Shown: positions 51,114 through 63,109 of the stretch, piece after piece | Position numbering within the stretch: the stretch's first letter is position 1 | Layout of the letters: each line of letters opens with the position of its first letter | Assembly: GCA_951406725.2 (NCBI GenBank) | Contig: OX597815.1 | Span: 79,112,001 to 79,176,000, forward strand | From: Octopus vulgaris | Lineage: Eukaryota | DNA length: 64,000 bases | Direction: 5' to 3' | Notes under the pieces: model-generated | Databases searched by the model: none | The model's input: the letters and a program-made list of their open reading frames with translations, nothing else | What the model was told of the DNA's origin: nothing | Translations under genes and position numbers: made by a program

Positions 51114-51498
51114 ACAGGCGTAGTTGTGTAGAATGAAGCTTACTTTCCAACCATATGGTTCCAGTTTCAGTCTCACTGCATGGCACTTTGTGCAAATGCC
51201 TTCTACTATAGACTTGGGCCAACCAAGGCTTTCTGAGTGGATTTGGTAGACGGAATCTGAAAGAAGCCTGTCGTTACATATATGTATATATCTATGTGTG
51301 TGTCTGTTTCTGTTTCCCACCACCGCTTGACAACCGGTGTTGGTGTGTTTATGTCCCCGTAACATAGCAGTTGGGCAAAAAAAAAAACCGATAGAATAAG
51401 TACTAAGCTTAAAAAAAAAATTCTAGAGATCAATGTGTTCGACTAAAACCCTTCAAGGCGGAATCCCAGCATGGCTGCAGTCAAATGTCTCAAACAAG
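51114..51498 (+). mobile_element. SINE family A
   Basis: Colinear. Confidence 0.85.
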
Positions 51499-51842
51499 AT
51501 TTATATATATTATATATGAATAAACACATACAGAAAGTGATAGTGATTTCGAAGTTTCGGTCTCTCAGCTTTCGTCGAAATGTCCGACAAAGATCAACAG
51601 GTCGAAACTTCGAAATAACTGCCACGGTTTTATAAAAAAGTATGAAAATATGTAGTCCACAAAAAGTATTGAAAATAAAACTAGGTAAGAGAAAAAGTAA
51701 GTTAAAAAACAAAGGAACAAGAAGGTTATGACTTCCAAAATTTTCTTTTCAACCGGTCATAGTATCTTGATAAAATTGAAGTGAAAGGAAGGAATTTTAT
51801 GTGAAATTGAGCGCCTAAAGGGATAGGTCAACGCGATATTTT

Positions 51843-51894
<52 letters not shown>

Positions 51895-52012
51895 CATACA
51901 TACATACATACACACACACTATGTTTTGGCATCCTTCAATACACATATGTTGAAAATAAAAGTATCGAAATTTCAAGGAAAAAGTTTATGTAACACACAC
52001 GTTATTACTTAC

Positions 52013-52149
52013 TTGTCCTTGGTTTTTGATTGTGTTACGAGGAAATTCCTGACACTCGTGTACTGTGTGTCACGTTTGGAGGTCAGGGGTCGAGATGTAT
52101 TCAAAAGGCGACATGCTGATCGGAAGGCCACTGCGACAAATCTGGACAT
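52013..52149 (-). CDS. FDX1: Adrenodoxin/FDX1-like exon 1 (mitochondrial targeting peptide)
   Basis: ATG at 52149. MSRFVAVAFRSACRLLNTSRPLTSKRDTQYTSVRNFLVTQSKTKD is Arg/Ser/Thr-rich and acid-poor, like a presequence. Ends AA|gtaagt (consensus donor, phase 2); AA plus the first G of exon 2 gives Lys, yielding KDKITIYFIDRDG like FDX1 EDKITVHFINRDG. Confidence 0.85.
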
Positions 52150-52520
52150 CAGAAGGGTAATACGTAAATTTAGTCTGATATTGGTTTGGTTCTCCAAAGT
52201 TGAGCCTAATCGTGAGTAAAGACGACTGTCAAAACAATGTATCGTGTTAGATACAGTTATATAGGATAAACCGGTGTTTCAACAAATTTTTTCCTATGCA
52301 AACACGAGTTTTCTTCGCTTGTAGTTCACAAAACTAAATTTTCTCGTGGAAGCCGTGAAAACTGATGAATTGTAATTTTATATAAAAACAAAATACTTTA
52401 TAATCTGTTTGCTTGTAATCCACCCACTCATAACATAGCTTCTTAAGTGTTTCTATTCATACGCTCGTCATTAACAGAAATCCCGCATCTTAAGAAGATT
52501 TCGCTATTTAACCAACTCAG
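52150..52520 (-). promoter_or_regulatory. Probable FDX1 5' UTR and proximal promoter
   Basis: Non-repetitive, CpG-retaining sequence directly upstream of the ATG; no TSS motif can be pinned down. Confidence 0.35.
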
Positions 52521-53070
52521 CAATTTATAGATTTATATTTATAGTATTCTACAGTAATAGTTGCTTTACATTTATTTGATTATTTTTGGTGCACGTGTAT
52601 TATAGTGAATATTGGTGGAATGCTTTATTTTTATGCCAACGATTAACGATATTTACTTAAGAATTCTCTAGATTTATTATTTTTTTTATTGGCAAATAGA
52701 GCGGGTTAATAAAAATGTTTCAATTTGGAATTTCTGTGTGAACTTCTTTCCATTTTGTCAGAAGACGCCAAATATTTTTTTAAATATACACTCAAAACTT
52801 ACTATTTCGATGAACTGAAAACTCTGTGATTGTTCGACCTGCCAGAAATAACAGTTACATGTTCCCCGAATCATGTCCTACCGTCTTAAAAATGACGATA
52901 TTGTCATGACTAAAATGTTTTTGTTCAGTCAGAACATCGGAGACTGTGAGACCTAGTAAACATTTGTGCCATCTTTTTAAAGGTTTGTACCTTTAAAAAA
53001 AATGGTACAAATGTTTACTAGATCTCAGTCTCCAATGACCTCTCTTCGCAAACACTACGATTTTCTTTTG

Positions 53071-54255
53071 GCATACCGACACAAATATGCCCCACTGACT
53101 TTGTTTCCTCATAACTTCCCAAAAAAAAAAATGAATATTTTTTTTTATGAAATTTTCAACAAATACGTTTCAGATAGTGTAGCTTCGGATTATATCGGAA
53201 TTTATTGTGAAATTTTCCGTGAATGGGGGAGTTTCGGAAAATTCACACGAGTCGGGTTTGTTTCCCTGTAACTTTCAGAAAACTGGATACTTTTTTTAAT
53301 GAAATTTTCTACAAATATCTTTCAGGTGTGTAGATGACGATTGTACTGTAATTTGATAGGAAAAAAAAAAAAGAGGAAAAAATTGGTGAACATGCATACA
53401 TACTGACTCAAAATGCAATTTTTTCGAAATTTTAAGTTTGTGTTAATTAAAAAATTTGCCAGCAAAATCTTATAAAATGACAACATTCTAAACGATGTAC
53501 ATGTTTATATGTTACTCTTTTACTCGTTACAGTCATTTGACTGCGGCCATGCTGGAGTACCGTCTTTAGTCGAGCAAATCGACCCCAGGACTTATTTTTT
53601 GTAAGCCTAGTACTTATTCTATCGGCCTCTTTTGCCGAACTGCTAAGTTACAGGGACGTAAACACACCAGCATCGGTTGTCAAGCGATGTTGGGGGGGAC
53701 CAACACAGACACACACACACACATACATATATACGACGGGCCTCTTTCAGTTTCCGTCTACCAAATCCACTCACAAGGCTTTGGTGGGCCCGAGGCTATA
53801 GTAGAAGACACTTGCCCAAGGTGCCACGCAGTGGGAATGAACCCGGAACCATGTGGTTGGTAAGCAAGCTACTTACCAAATAAAATTTTTTTTATACGTT
53901 TCATAAATATATATGATGTGCGTCAGAATGTATATGTACAAGTCCGCCAATTGCTTTTCATATTAAATTCCAATATAATCGTAATCTACACACTCCGAAA
54001 AGTATTTGTTGAAAATTTCATTAAAAAAAATATCAATTTTTCTGAAAGTTATGAGGAAACAAAACTAATTCGTGTAAATTTTCCCAAACCCTCTCCCTAT
54101 TCACAGAAAAAACTTTTTTCACAACGAATTCCGATATAATTGGAATTCACACCTTCTGAAGCGTATTTGTAGAAAGTTTCATTAAAAATACGTATTTATC
54201 TGAAAATCATGGGGAACAAATTCGATGGGTGGGGGAGGCACGCTTGTAAGTATGC
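53071..54255. mobile_element. Non-autonomous DNA element with ~290-bp inverted arms and a central SINE insertion
   Basis: 53071-53365 is the imperfect reverse complement of 53955-54255. Confidence 0.7.
53513..53878 (-). mobile_element. SINE family A
   Basis: Colinear, CpG intact, lacks the first ~20 nt. Confidence 0.9.
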
Positions 54256-55479
54256 GTTTCGTTTTAGCCAGAAAATATTCCCACTTACATCAGTTTCCTA
54301 CTCTTGCCAAAGTTTAGTCACACCTTAATCAGTGTATTTCTTATATCTATCTGGACGGCACTTCAGTACACCCACAAGCATCAAGTCATTTTGATTGGTT
54401 CGCCAATAGTCATTCTTCAGCACACTTCAACCAGTGGCTCAGGTACAACTTAAACTATTGATATTTTATCTTCATCCAAGCCCAATCTTATCTTCTGTAA
54501 AACTGTGCACCTTCTAACAAATGTCACATTATTTGTCAAATTGTTCTTCCTCAAAATTGCAAACTACCTGAGCGTAGCTACATGAATCTAAGTGATTCTA
54601 CAAAGAGGTAAAGAGCACTCTTTGAAAAAATCACGAAACAAAACAAAAAATCATGAAATATAAAATCCAAGTTGTGTAAAGGACTAGGGAAGGGACATAA
54701 CTCTGTTAATTTACTGATAAAGTCTTTATTCTGGGGGTAGGACTTCGTCTTATCTCTGTCGGTTAGCAAAGCTCACGTCAATTTTACAAAACAGCAGCAA
54801 AGAGTTACCATTCTTAGATGAACTATTTTAAATTTCTGATCCATCTGAGAGGCCAGTAACTACAAATAAGAATTCCTAAACATCTCTATCCAACAAACAG
54901 TAAAACAGGATCTTCTCTGTTAGGCTTCACATTTTTGAAATTTTAAAATTAAGAGAAAATTGATGTAATTTTTCACGCTGAATCTCATGTTATTCATTTG
55001 GAGTCTAGTCTGTCTCATTCGCAAAATGAGCCTCCCATAAATTTGCTCAGATTGCTTTCAATTTTGGTGTATTGATGCAACTCTGAATTTTGATTACGAT
55101 CAACTTTATCTCGTTACTTAAAGAATCTGATGTTATTTGGAATTAGAGTCGAGAAGTTTGGGTAATTTTAGCCAATCAGCAGACAGCATGGCATTAGCAG
55201 CTTGTTACCATGACAGCCGCACGCTGTGTTGTGGTTCACTGTTGTCTGGGCCGCTGTTGTGTATGTTGATTTTTCACCCTTGATTCTTGACACCACGAGA
55301 TTTTTTTCACCCGCGTGTTTTGTTTAAATTTTTCTGTGCTTTTACTTATGTTAGTATTTTTACGTATTTTTCATTCCATATATTTTGCGGAGTTATTGAC
55401 TCAGATAGCTGGATTTATGATTTCACTACGTTAATTCTATTCGTAAAATTTAAATTAGGAGTATTTCTTAAACCGTTAG

Positions 55480-58400
55480 CTTCACATTTCAAAAGCCCAG
55501 CTGAAATTTAGCCCACGTAACAGGAAATGAGAGGGATATCGTGGGACAGAGAAACTGTGGGTGCCATAGAGTAATTCGGCCGAATAATAGCCCAGATCTG
55601 CTTTCACAGAGGACCAACAACCCAAACGGACGATGGGAAGGTACTCGGTCCATCTTAGTGGATCTGGTGATGCACGAAAAGCTGTCTTCAGTTGACGGTG
55701 GAATCGCTCTACCATCTCGTTAGAAGCGGGGTGGTAGCTTGTCGTGTGGAAATGCTGCACGCCCAAGAGATGAGAAAATTCACGGAAAAGCTGTGATTCC
55801 CCCCGATCGGTGGCAATCCTTTAGGGAACACCGATTCGCGATATCCAGCCTGATATCAAAGCGCAAGCGACTGATTTAGCGGAGATGTCGCCGAGGAGAA
55901 TAGCTTCAGGCCATCCAGGGAAACGGTCGAAACAGGTAAGAATATAGGAGTATTCGTTACTAACAGGCCATGGCATGACGATGTTGATATCAATGTGGCG
56001 GAAATGACTGTCAGGTTGGTCAAATTTTCCGAGTTGCGAACGAATGTGTGTATGGATCTTGGAACGCTGTCACTGACGACAGGAGCGAGACTAAGCATGA
56101 TATCTCGGTGCATGTCCGGCCCCCCAAAAAAGCGGGCCGTGATGAGCTTGACTGAGGCCGCAATACCTGGATGAGATAAGGAGTGCAAGGCATCGAACAC
56201 GCTTCGGCGATGGTTGTTAGGAACAAGGTGGAGAGGCGATCCTGTAGATACGTCACACAGGATAGTTCCGTCTGTTGTTGACAAGGGTAAGTACTCCAAA
56301 CGACATTGAGTGAATAGTGGAGACGAGGTGTCGATTGATTGCAGAAGGGGCTGGTCAGCAGCAAGCGTGACAAGATCGATCGCAGCTGGAGTCAAAGAAC
56401 AAACTGAAAGTCTTGACAATGCATCCGCAGGGACGTTGTCTGCCACAGAAAGGTGACGTATATCACTTGTAAATTGTGAGATAAAGTCGACATGTCTGAC
56501 CTCTCGTAGCGAGTATTTGTCGAAGGGCGAATGTCAACGTTTTGTGATCTGTGAAAACCACAAAATCATGCCCAACGAAAAAATGGTAAAAATGCTTGAC
56601 TGCTAAGTAAATGGCTATCAACTCGTGCGCAAGGTGCTGTATCTCGTTTCTGGATCCCCGGGCCGACGTGAAAAGTATGCCAAGGGTTGTAGGCGTTGAT
56701 TTAATAATTTGCTGTAATATCACAACAACTGCGAAATTTGAAGCATCAACGGTAAGTACGAGATGTGCCCCAGGAATCGGAAGAGCTAGTGTAGCAATTT
56801 GAACTAAGTCTGACTTGATTTTCTGGAATGCCAGCAATTCATCTGGTGAAAGGGAAATAGTCGCGTCTTTTTTCGTTCTGTACTTTAAAAGCTCAGTTAG
56901 AGGCAATGATTTCCAAGCACAATTAGGTAGGAAACGACGATAAAAGTTGACGAGACCGAGGAAGTGTCGGAGCTGACGGAATGACGTGGGAGGAGCAAAA
57001 TGGATGGCTTGGATCTTAGCGGGCAATGGTCGAATGCCGTCGCAATCAACGATGTGTCCTAAAAATTCAAATGAGGATTTGCGAAAAACACTTTTTGCCA
57101 GGTTGACTTTGACGTTGTACTGTGAGAGTCACTGGAACAACTTAGAAAGATGCTGCTGATGTAATACAACCGAAGGACTAGCAACGAGTATGTTGTCGAT
57201 GTTGGCAAAAACACCTGGAAGTCCACGAGTAACTTCGTCGATAAAGCGCTGGAACGTACTAGCGGCCTTTCGCAGTCCGAATGGCATAGATAGAAATTCA
57301 AATGAGCCAAACGGTGTTGTCACCGCGGTTTTGGGCACATCTTCTGGATTCATTGGTATTTGCTGGTACGCTTGTACCAGGTCCAATTTAGAAAACACCG
57401 TGCAGTTATGAAGAGCGGATGAGAAATCCTGAAAATTAGAGAGTGGATATCTATCAGGGGTGGTGACGGCGTTGAGACGTCTGTAGTCTCCAACTGGGCA
57501 AAAGTTAGTGTCACCCTTGCGTGCCAAATGTAGGGGACATGTCCATGGGCTGGTGGAAGGTCGTATAAGGCTGAGCTTGAGCATGTACTCGAACTCAGCT
57601 CGCGCTATCTTGAGTTTATCAGGAGCTAACCGTCGTGGTCAAGAGAAAAGAGGTGGACCAGTCGTTGTGATGAGGTGTTGAGTCGAGTGGATTACCTGGG
57701 CAGGCTTGAAGGAAAGGTTCATCAACCCGGGAAATGTGGCGGGGAGTGCGTGAAACTGGTTTCCGGCAGCAGCCACGAAGAATGACAGACTGATAAGAGC
57801 AGAGGTAGATTCGTGGGTAGGTGTAGATAAGGATGTGGTATTATCCAGAAGTCTCTGGCTCCTGACATTTACCAAAAGTGAATAATGATGTAGGAAATCT
57901 GCGCCGAGGATAGGATGAGAAAGGTCGGCGATAGTAAAAATCCATTTAAAGTCTCGATGTAAGGATAAGTCCAACGATAAGGATATCTGGTCATAGGTCC
58001 TGATGGAAGACTGATTCACTGCATATAAAGAAGCGCCGAAAGGATTCGGCTTGGTAGAGATGAACCTTAAGGCCCAAATACTACAACTCGACCCTGTGTC
58101 TACCATGAACGACTTGTGTGAGACGAGATGCCTGATGAAAAAAGCACGATAAGATGAAATGTTATGGGAGAGATCTGAGGTGCCCAAACTCTCCAAACTG
58201 AATTTATTGATGCCCCCAAATGAACAGGGCTTAACACACCGACGTGCGTTCTCTTTGAACCTTCAGTGGTACCAACACAGTGAGGAACTGGAACGACGGC
58301 GAGAAGAGCGACTATGTGAGCGATGCCGAAATGTCGCACGTGCACAACACAGTTTAGCAACTTCGCGTATTAAACATTCAATTGCTCTTAACATGACATC

Positions 58401-58660
58401 TTCGCCTGTTCGGGGAGGCTGTGATGTAGGAGACGAAGAAGAAGAAGCACCGACTCTATCAGCCGTGGTAGAACTATGTGAAAACTCCACAATCCTGCCT
58501 GCTGAGGTGGCAATTTGGTTGATAATACCTGCGTCAACCATATTAGCCAGTAGCATCTGTACATTGTTTGGCAGAAGAACAACTTCTTAACGAACGAGTT
58601 GTCCTCAGGTGCGGCGTCGCTGAGTTCACGAATCTGTCGTAAAAACTCAGACGAGGTCCT
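55480..58660 (-). mobile_element. Ty3/Gypsy LTR retrotransposon internal region, disrupted
   Basis: Order PR (FMVDTGSSCS), RT (DYRRLNAVTTPDRYP, MPFGL, NIDNILV), RNase H (LTVDAS, ELIAIY, FTDHK), IN (HSLSHPG, HTTSYHPASNEMVERFHRQLK); many frameshifts; no LTR seen. Confidence 0.95.
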
Positions 58661-59414
58661 GCAGAAGGTGCAACTGCAGAGGAGGAGGGAAAGGTGGGAA
58701 AATGTACAGTGGTAGAAAGAAAGAGAAGTCACGTGGAATCTCCACCTAAAAAAAAAAAAGGAAGGCAGAGGAGAACAAGAATGAGAAAAGAAGAAAGGAG
58801 GAACCAACTGAGGAACGAACTCAAAGACCGTTGCCTTCAACTAGTAAGGAGGAAGAAGGATGGAAGAAGAGACTTGAAAGTGAGAAGGAAGGACAAGCAG
58901 AGACGAGAATACTAGCAACAGAGGTAGAGAGTGGTGAGTTACAGCAGCGAGAGAGCCACTGAAGGGTAAACATGAAAGGATGATGATTAGTTACAAAAAA
59001 AAAGTGGAGAAATAGAGAAGAGAATTTCAAAAATGAAAAATATAATAAGGAATAAACTGGCCTACAAAGAGGAGAATCGAAATGAGAAAGCGGTGTTGTT
59101 GGAGGATAAGGAAGGTTGCAGGAAATATTTGGAGACAGAATAGATACAACAGGACTTCGATTTCATTACGATGATTTGCCATCAGTGATAACATTTGAAG
59201 ATACGTCGAAATTTTTGCTTGTGAACAAGATACAGGACTGATAAGTAATTACTTTATTAATAAACTGTAAAATGGAACTATCTACTTTGCTGGGTAGGAA
59301 AGCCATTCCATTCTCATTTCATTCGTTATACGTTTTTATGTACCCCATTATCTTGTTTTGTCTATCCTTGTTGTGTCGCCTCTTTATAAAGGCCATGTGC
59401 CTAAATATAAGAAA
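58661..59414 (+). mobile_element. Same element, copy 1 (5'-truncated); abuts the Gypsy remnant
   Basis: Colinear with 59835-60568 (gtggaatctccacctaaaa ... gtaccccattatcttgttttgtct ... gtgcctaaata). Confidence 0.8.
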
Positions 59415-59551
59415 TCAGAGTCGCTGATCTTTTCGTTGGGTTTGAGTTGTATTTGAGTTCGCTCCATGAGTTTTGTTGTGTTGCAATGTTAATTTACTGA
59501 ATTGTTGAAACCGTTGTTAACTGGAATTGTTGCAATTGTTGTTGTTAACTG

Positions 59552-60568
59552 GCAGCCATCCTCTATAACTCAGAGGAAGATGCTCAGGTGTTGAAGATAT
59601 CCAGAACGACGGAGGTGAACTGATGGGAATATGGACTGGAGATTTCGGTCCATATTAGTCTGCCGGACCTTCATAAAATTGCAGAAGAGCTGGTGCTACC
59701 AGATGACACAAGATTGAGAATCGTCGTAGAAGAGAGACCTCCGATATGTTACTCATGTGGAATAAGGGGACACATGAAAGCAAAGTATCTCCAGAAACAC
59801 GAACAGGAGGAGATGGAGAAGGAGCGTCAAGAAGAAGAAGGTGCAACTTCAGAGGAGGAGGAAATGGTGGAATCTCCACCTAAAAAGAAAAGGCAAAAGA
59901 GAACAAGAATGAGAAAAGAAGGAATGGGGAACCAACTGAGGAACAAACACAAAGACAGTTGCCTTCAACTAGTAAGGAGGAGGAAGGACGGAAGAAGAAG
60001 AGGCATGAAAGTGAGAAAAAAGGACAAGCAGACGAGAATACTAGCAACAGAAGTAGAGAGAGGTGAGGTACAGCAGAGAGAGCTACCAAAGGGGAAACAT
60101 GAAAGAATGATGGTTCGTTACAAAAAGAGTGTAGAGATAGAAAAGAGAATTTCAAAAATGGGAAATGCAATAAGCATTAAACTGGCCGACAAAAATTGGA
60201 AAATCAAAATGAGAAAGCGGTGTTGCTGAAAGATGATAGAGCAGGAAGTTTGCAGGAAATATTTGGCAACAGGATAGTGACGACAGGGATTCGATTTCGT
60301 TACGATGATTTGCCATCAGTGATAACATTTGATGGAATTTTTGCTTGTGACATTGTGAACAAGATACAAGATTGATAAGTTACTACTTTATTTAAAAAAC
60401 AGTAAAATGGAACTACTTACTTTGGGGAGTAGGAAAGCCATTCCATTCTCATTTCATTTATATTCATAATTCATTCGTTATATGTTTTTATGTACCCCAT
60501 TATCTTGTTTTGTCTGTCCTTGTGGTGTCCTCTCTTTATAAAGACCAAGTGCCTAAATAAAATAGAAA
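59552..60568 (+). mobile_element. ORF1/gag-like zinc-knuckle retroelement, copy 2
   Basis: LPDDTRLRIVVEERPPICYSCGIRGHMKAKY (CX2CX4HX4, last C->Y), PPKKKR NLS-like basic tail, about 340-nt 3' region ending aaataaaatagaaa. Confidence 0.7.
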
Positions 60569-60909
60569 GTCGGTGATCTGTGTAAAGCTGAGAGTTGCGT
60601 ATCGTCGAGTGTATTGTATATCTTGAGTAGAACGATGTGCAAGGACGTTATTTATTATCCCGTTATATCGTACGTCGAATGTGCGATACAACATTTTCTT
60701 ATTGCTCTATAAATTAATGGTAAAATATCTCTTTATCTTCACCTATTTAGTACACTCGGTAATGTAATTGCAATGCAATAAAAACACTTGTGTATTAATA
60801 ATTGGGTATTCTACAAGCAGTATATTGGATAGATATTATCCCTTTGTTGGTTGGATCCACAACCTCTAACTTTCTTGGAATTAATATATATATATATATA
60901 TATATATAA

Positions 60910-61900
60910 TAAAATTTAAAAGGAAAATACGCACACTTACATGATTTTAATATAATTTTTAATATATCGACTGGTTTCGCTATCGCTATTCATGATATTA
61001 TGTTTAATTTATTTGAATATATATTTTTTTCTTAAGAAGAATTTTGGTCCATGTTGTGTGTGATGAAATTCACGAGTGAATGACTTCACAAGTAGACAAA
61101 TAAAGGGAGGTAGTTGGTTGTTATTATTGTTATTGTTGTGAGTAAGGGAGATAACTGTTCAGGTTTCGGTAATGTGTGGGGAATAAATATGTGTACAGAA
61201 AAGAGACAGGTTTTAAAAAAGACCTTGTTTAGTAGGGGATTTATGTACAGTGATGTAATAGTGAATGGAATTTAATTGTATTTATTCCATAGTCATGGGG
61301 GATGTTGGTGTAAAGATTGATAACATCGAGGGTGACCAATACTGCCTCTTCATTAATCGTTTTTGGTAGGTGTTCTAGCATGTCTAGATCATCCCCAATG
61401 AAGCTTTTGATGTATTTCAGCAAGGGTTTCAGTAGGATGTCTAGAAAATTGCTTAGTCGGTGGGTTTCACAGACTGGCCCAGCTACAATGAGTCTTAAAG
61501 TCAAGTCTTCTGGCGTTTGGATGTTTATATATTTGCCTGGTGATTGTTTGCAGGCTTCATTGATTATCTTGCTCTTGTGTATTTTAGGGAGGCCATAAAA
61601 AAGACTGGGTTTACATTTGAAGTTCTGTTTCTTTTTCTGTCAGGCCTTTTCTATGTAGAAGAATTAAGGATGCAAGATTTTTCATTGTTTTTTGTTGTTT
61701 ATAGTTTATAATTTTTTCGTAGAAGGCCTCGTTTTCTGATATGGAAATAACTAGTTTTTTTATAGTGTTCTGTGTCCATCAGAACTACAGCACTTCCTTT
61801 GTCAGCTTCTTTAATTGTCAGGTCTGTGTCGTTTTTTAGTTCAGTCAGATTTTTCCATTCTAGATTGTTGAGGTTAGGATAAATTTTTCGTTTAATGGAT
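60910..61900 (-). mobile_element. Penelope-like retroelement remnant (RT N-terminal half + 3' pLTR)
   Basis: NLNNLEWKNLTELKNDTDLTIKEADKGSAVVLMD and RLIVAGPVCETHRLSNFLDILLKP...LVTLDVINLYTNIP are Penelope RT signatures; frameshifted, ends at (TA)n. Confidence 0.9.
60964..60998 (-). ncRNA. Degenerate hammerhead 3' of the Penelope RT remnant
   Basis: Minus strand: ATATC-ATGAATA(for CTGAAGA)-GC-GATA-GC-GAAA-CCAG-TC-GATAT; same strand as, and downstream of, the RT. Confidence 0.5.
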
Positions 61901-62514
61901 GTGTAAGGGAAATTTTGGATATGGTTGCAGGAGTCATCCAGAACAGGGGCCAAGGCCACTGAATTTAACAAGTAGTTTAGCTTATTGCCAGCTGGTGCTG
62001 TCAAAACTGACATTGCAGATATATTATTATTGGTCTGGTAGAATCATTATTGTACTGGATGAAATGCTTAGTGACATGGTTCTATGTTCTGAGTTTTGAA
62101 TGAGACTGATTTTATCTTTCCTTCAGATTTTAGCTTTCAATGAGAAAGATTAGAGTTTTGTGAAAAAATGAGAAATTTCATTAAAAATATTTTTGTCCTC
62201 CTTTCACCTAAATTTTTCCTTTACAAGTGACCGAGATCTTTGGTGATATACTGTGCTTGAAAAGACCTGTCAAGCCAAGTGAGATCATAGTTGTGGCTGA
62301 TGCTGGTGTTGCACAACTGGCACCCATGCTGGTGGTGTGTAAAAAAACACCCACTACACTCTTGGAGTGGTTGGTGTTAGAAAGGGCATCCAGCTATAGA
62401 AACTGTGCTAAATCAGAGTGGAACCTGATGTAGCTCCCCAGTTTACAAGTTTTCAGTCAAACCATCCAACCCATGCCATCATTGGAAAACGAACATTAAA
62501 TGATGATTATGATA

Positions 62515-63100
62515 AACCTGTTAATGAATGTTGGCAATACAGTAACTTTCCCCAACACTTCAATGATGTACAGATAGCGACCATCTCCAAGAAGAAGGGT
62601 GATAGACAAGTGTGAGAAAATTATCAATAAATTTCCTTTCTAGCAAAAATATTTCAGCAAATTCTTTTCAAAAGCAAGTGTCTAGCATTATCGACAATAT
62701 GATTTTCACCTTGCAATGGAACATCATGTCTCACTTTTCCTTGTATTTATTGACTTTTACAAAGGTTTTCAATACTGGTAGAAGAGAGGACTCTGCTCAA
62801 AATATATGTCTGGACAAATAGGTGGAGATAGTCAAGCAGTTATGCAGTGGTGTGACTGCCCTCATCTCTCTTAGGAACAGCTCACTTGTCCATCCCAGTC
62901 GCCCACAGAGTAAAGTAGGGCTGTATATTTCTGGATGCTGTATTTGAAAATATAGCAACTTCCCAGATGGAGTGGTAGGCTATGGAACCTATCTAATCTA
63001 AGATCAACGAGTATTGTGATATGTGAAATTTGTGGACTGTTCTTTGCTGGGGATTCACTTCAAATAGATCATCCCTTGAAAGTGTCAGAAAATTACACAA
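62515..63100 (+). mobile_element. Old RTE (BovB-like) RT fragment
   Basis: ECWQYSNFPQHFNDVQIATISKKKGDRQ; LYLLTFTKVF; heavily decayed. Confidence 0.6.
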
Positions 63101-63109
63101 AATTTTGAA

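Noticed and set aside
52150-52197. ORF-track N-terminal extension MENQTNIRLNLRITLL of exon 1
   Set aside because: Starts at TTG, not ATG; the first in-frame ATG is 52149 and gives a cleaner targeting peptide.
54289-54567. Possible minus-strand exon (cag|GTA ... AT|gtaagt) with Cys-rich content
   Set aside because: Multiple stops in the plausible frame; at best a decayed PHD-like transposon tail.
55140-55290. CCAAT and RFX-like motifs as a second promoter
   Set aside because: No associated exon found; short motifs are expected by chance or within a transposon.
58131-58170. CTGATGA...GAAA inside the Gypsy region
   Set aside because: No stem II pairing; antisense of coding sequence; chance match.
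58661-60568. The two direct repeats as LTRs of the adjacent Gypsy
   Set aside because: Both lie on one side, contain an ORF on the opposite strand, lack TG..CA ends and finish in A-rich tails.
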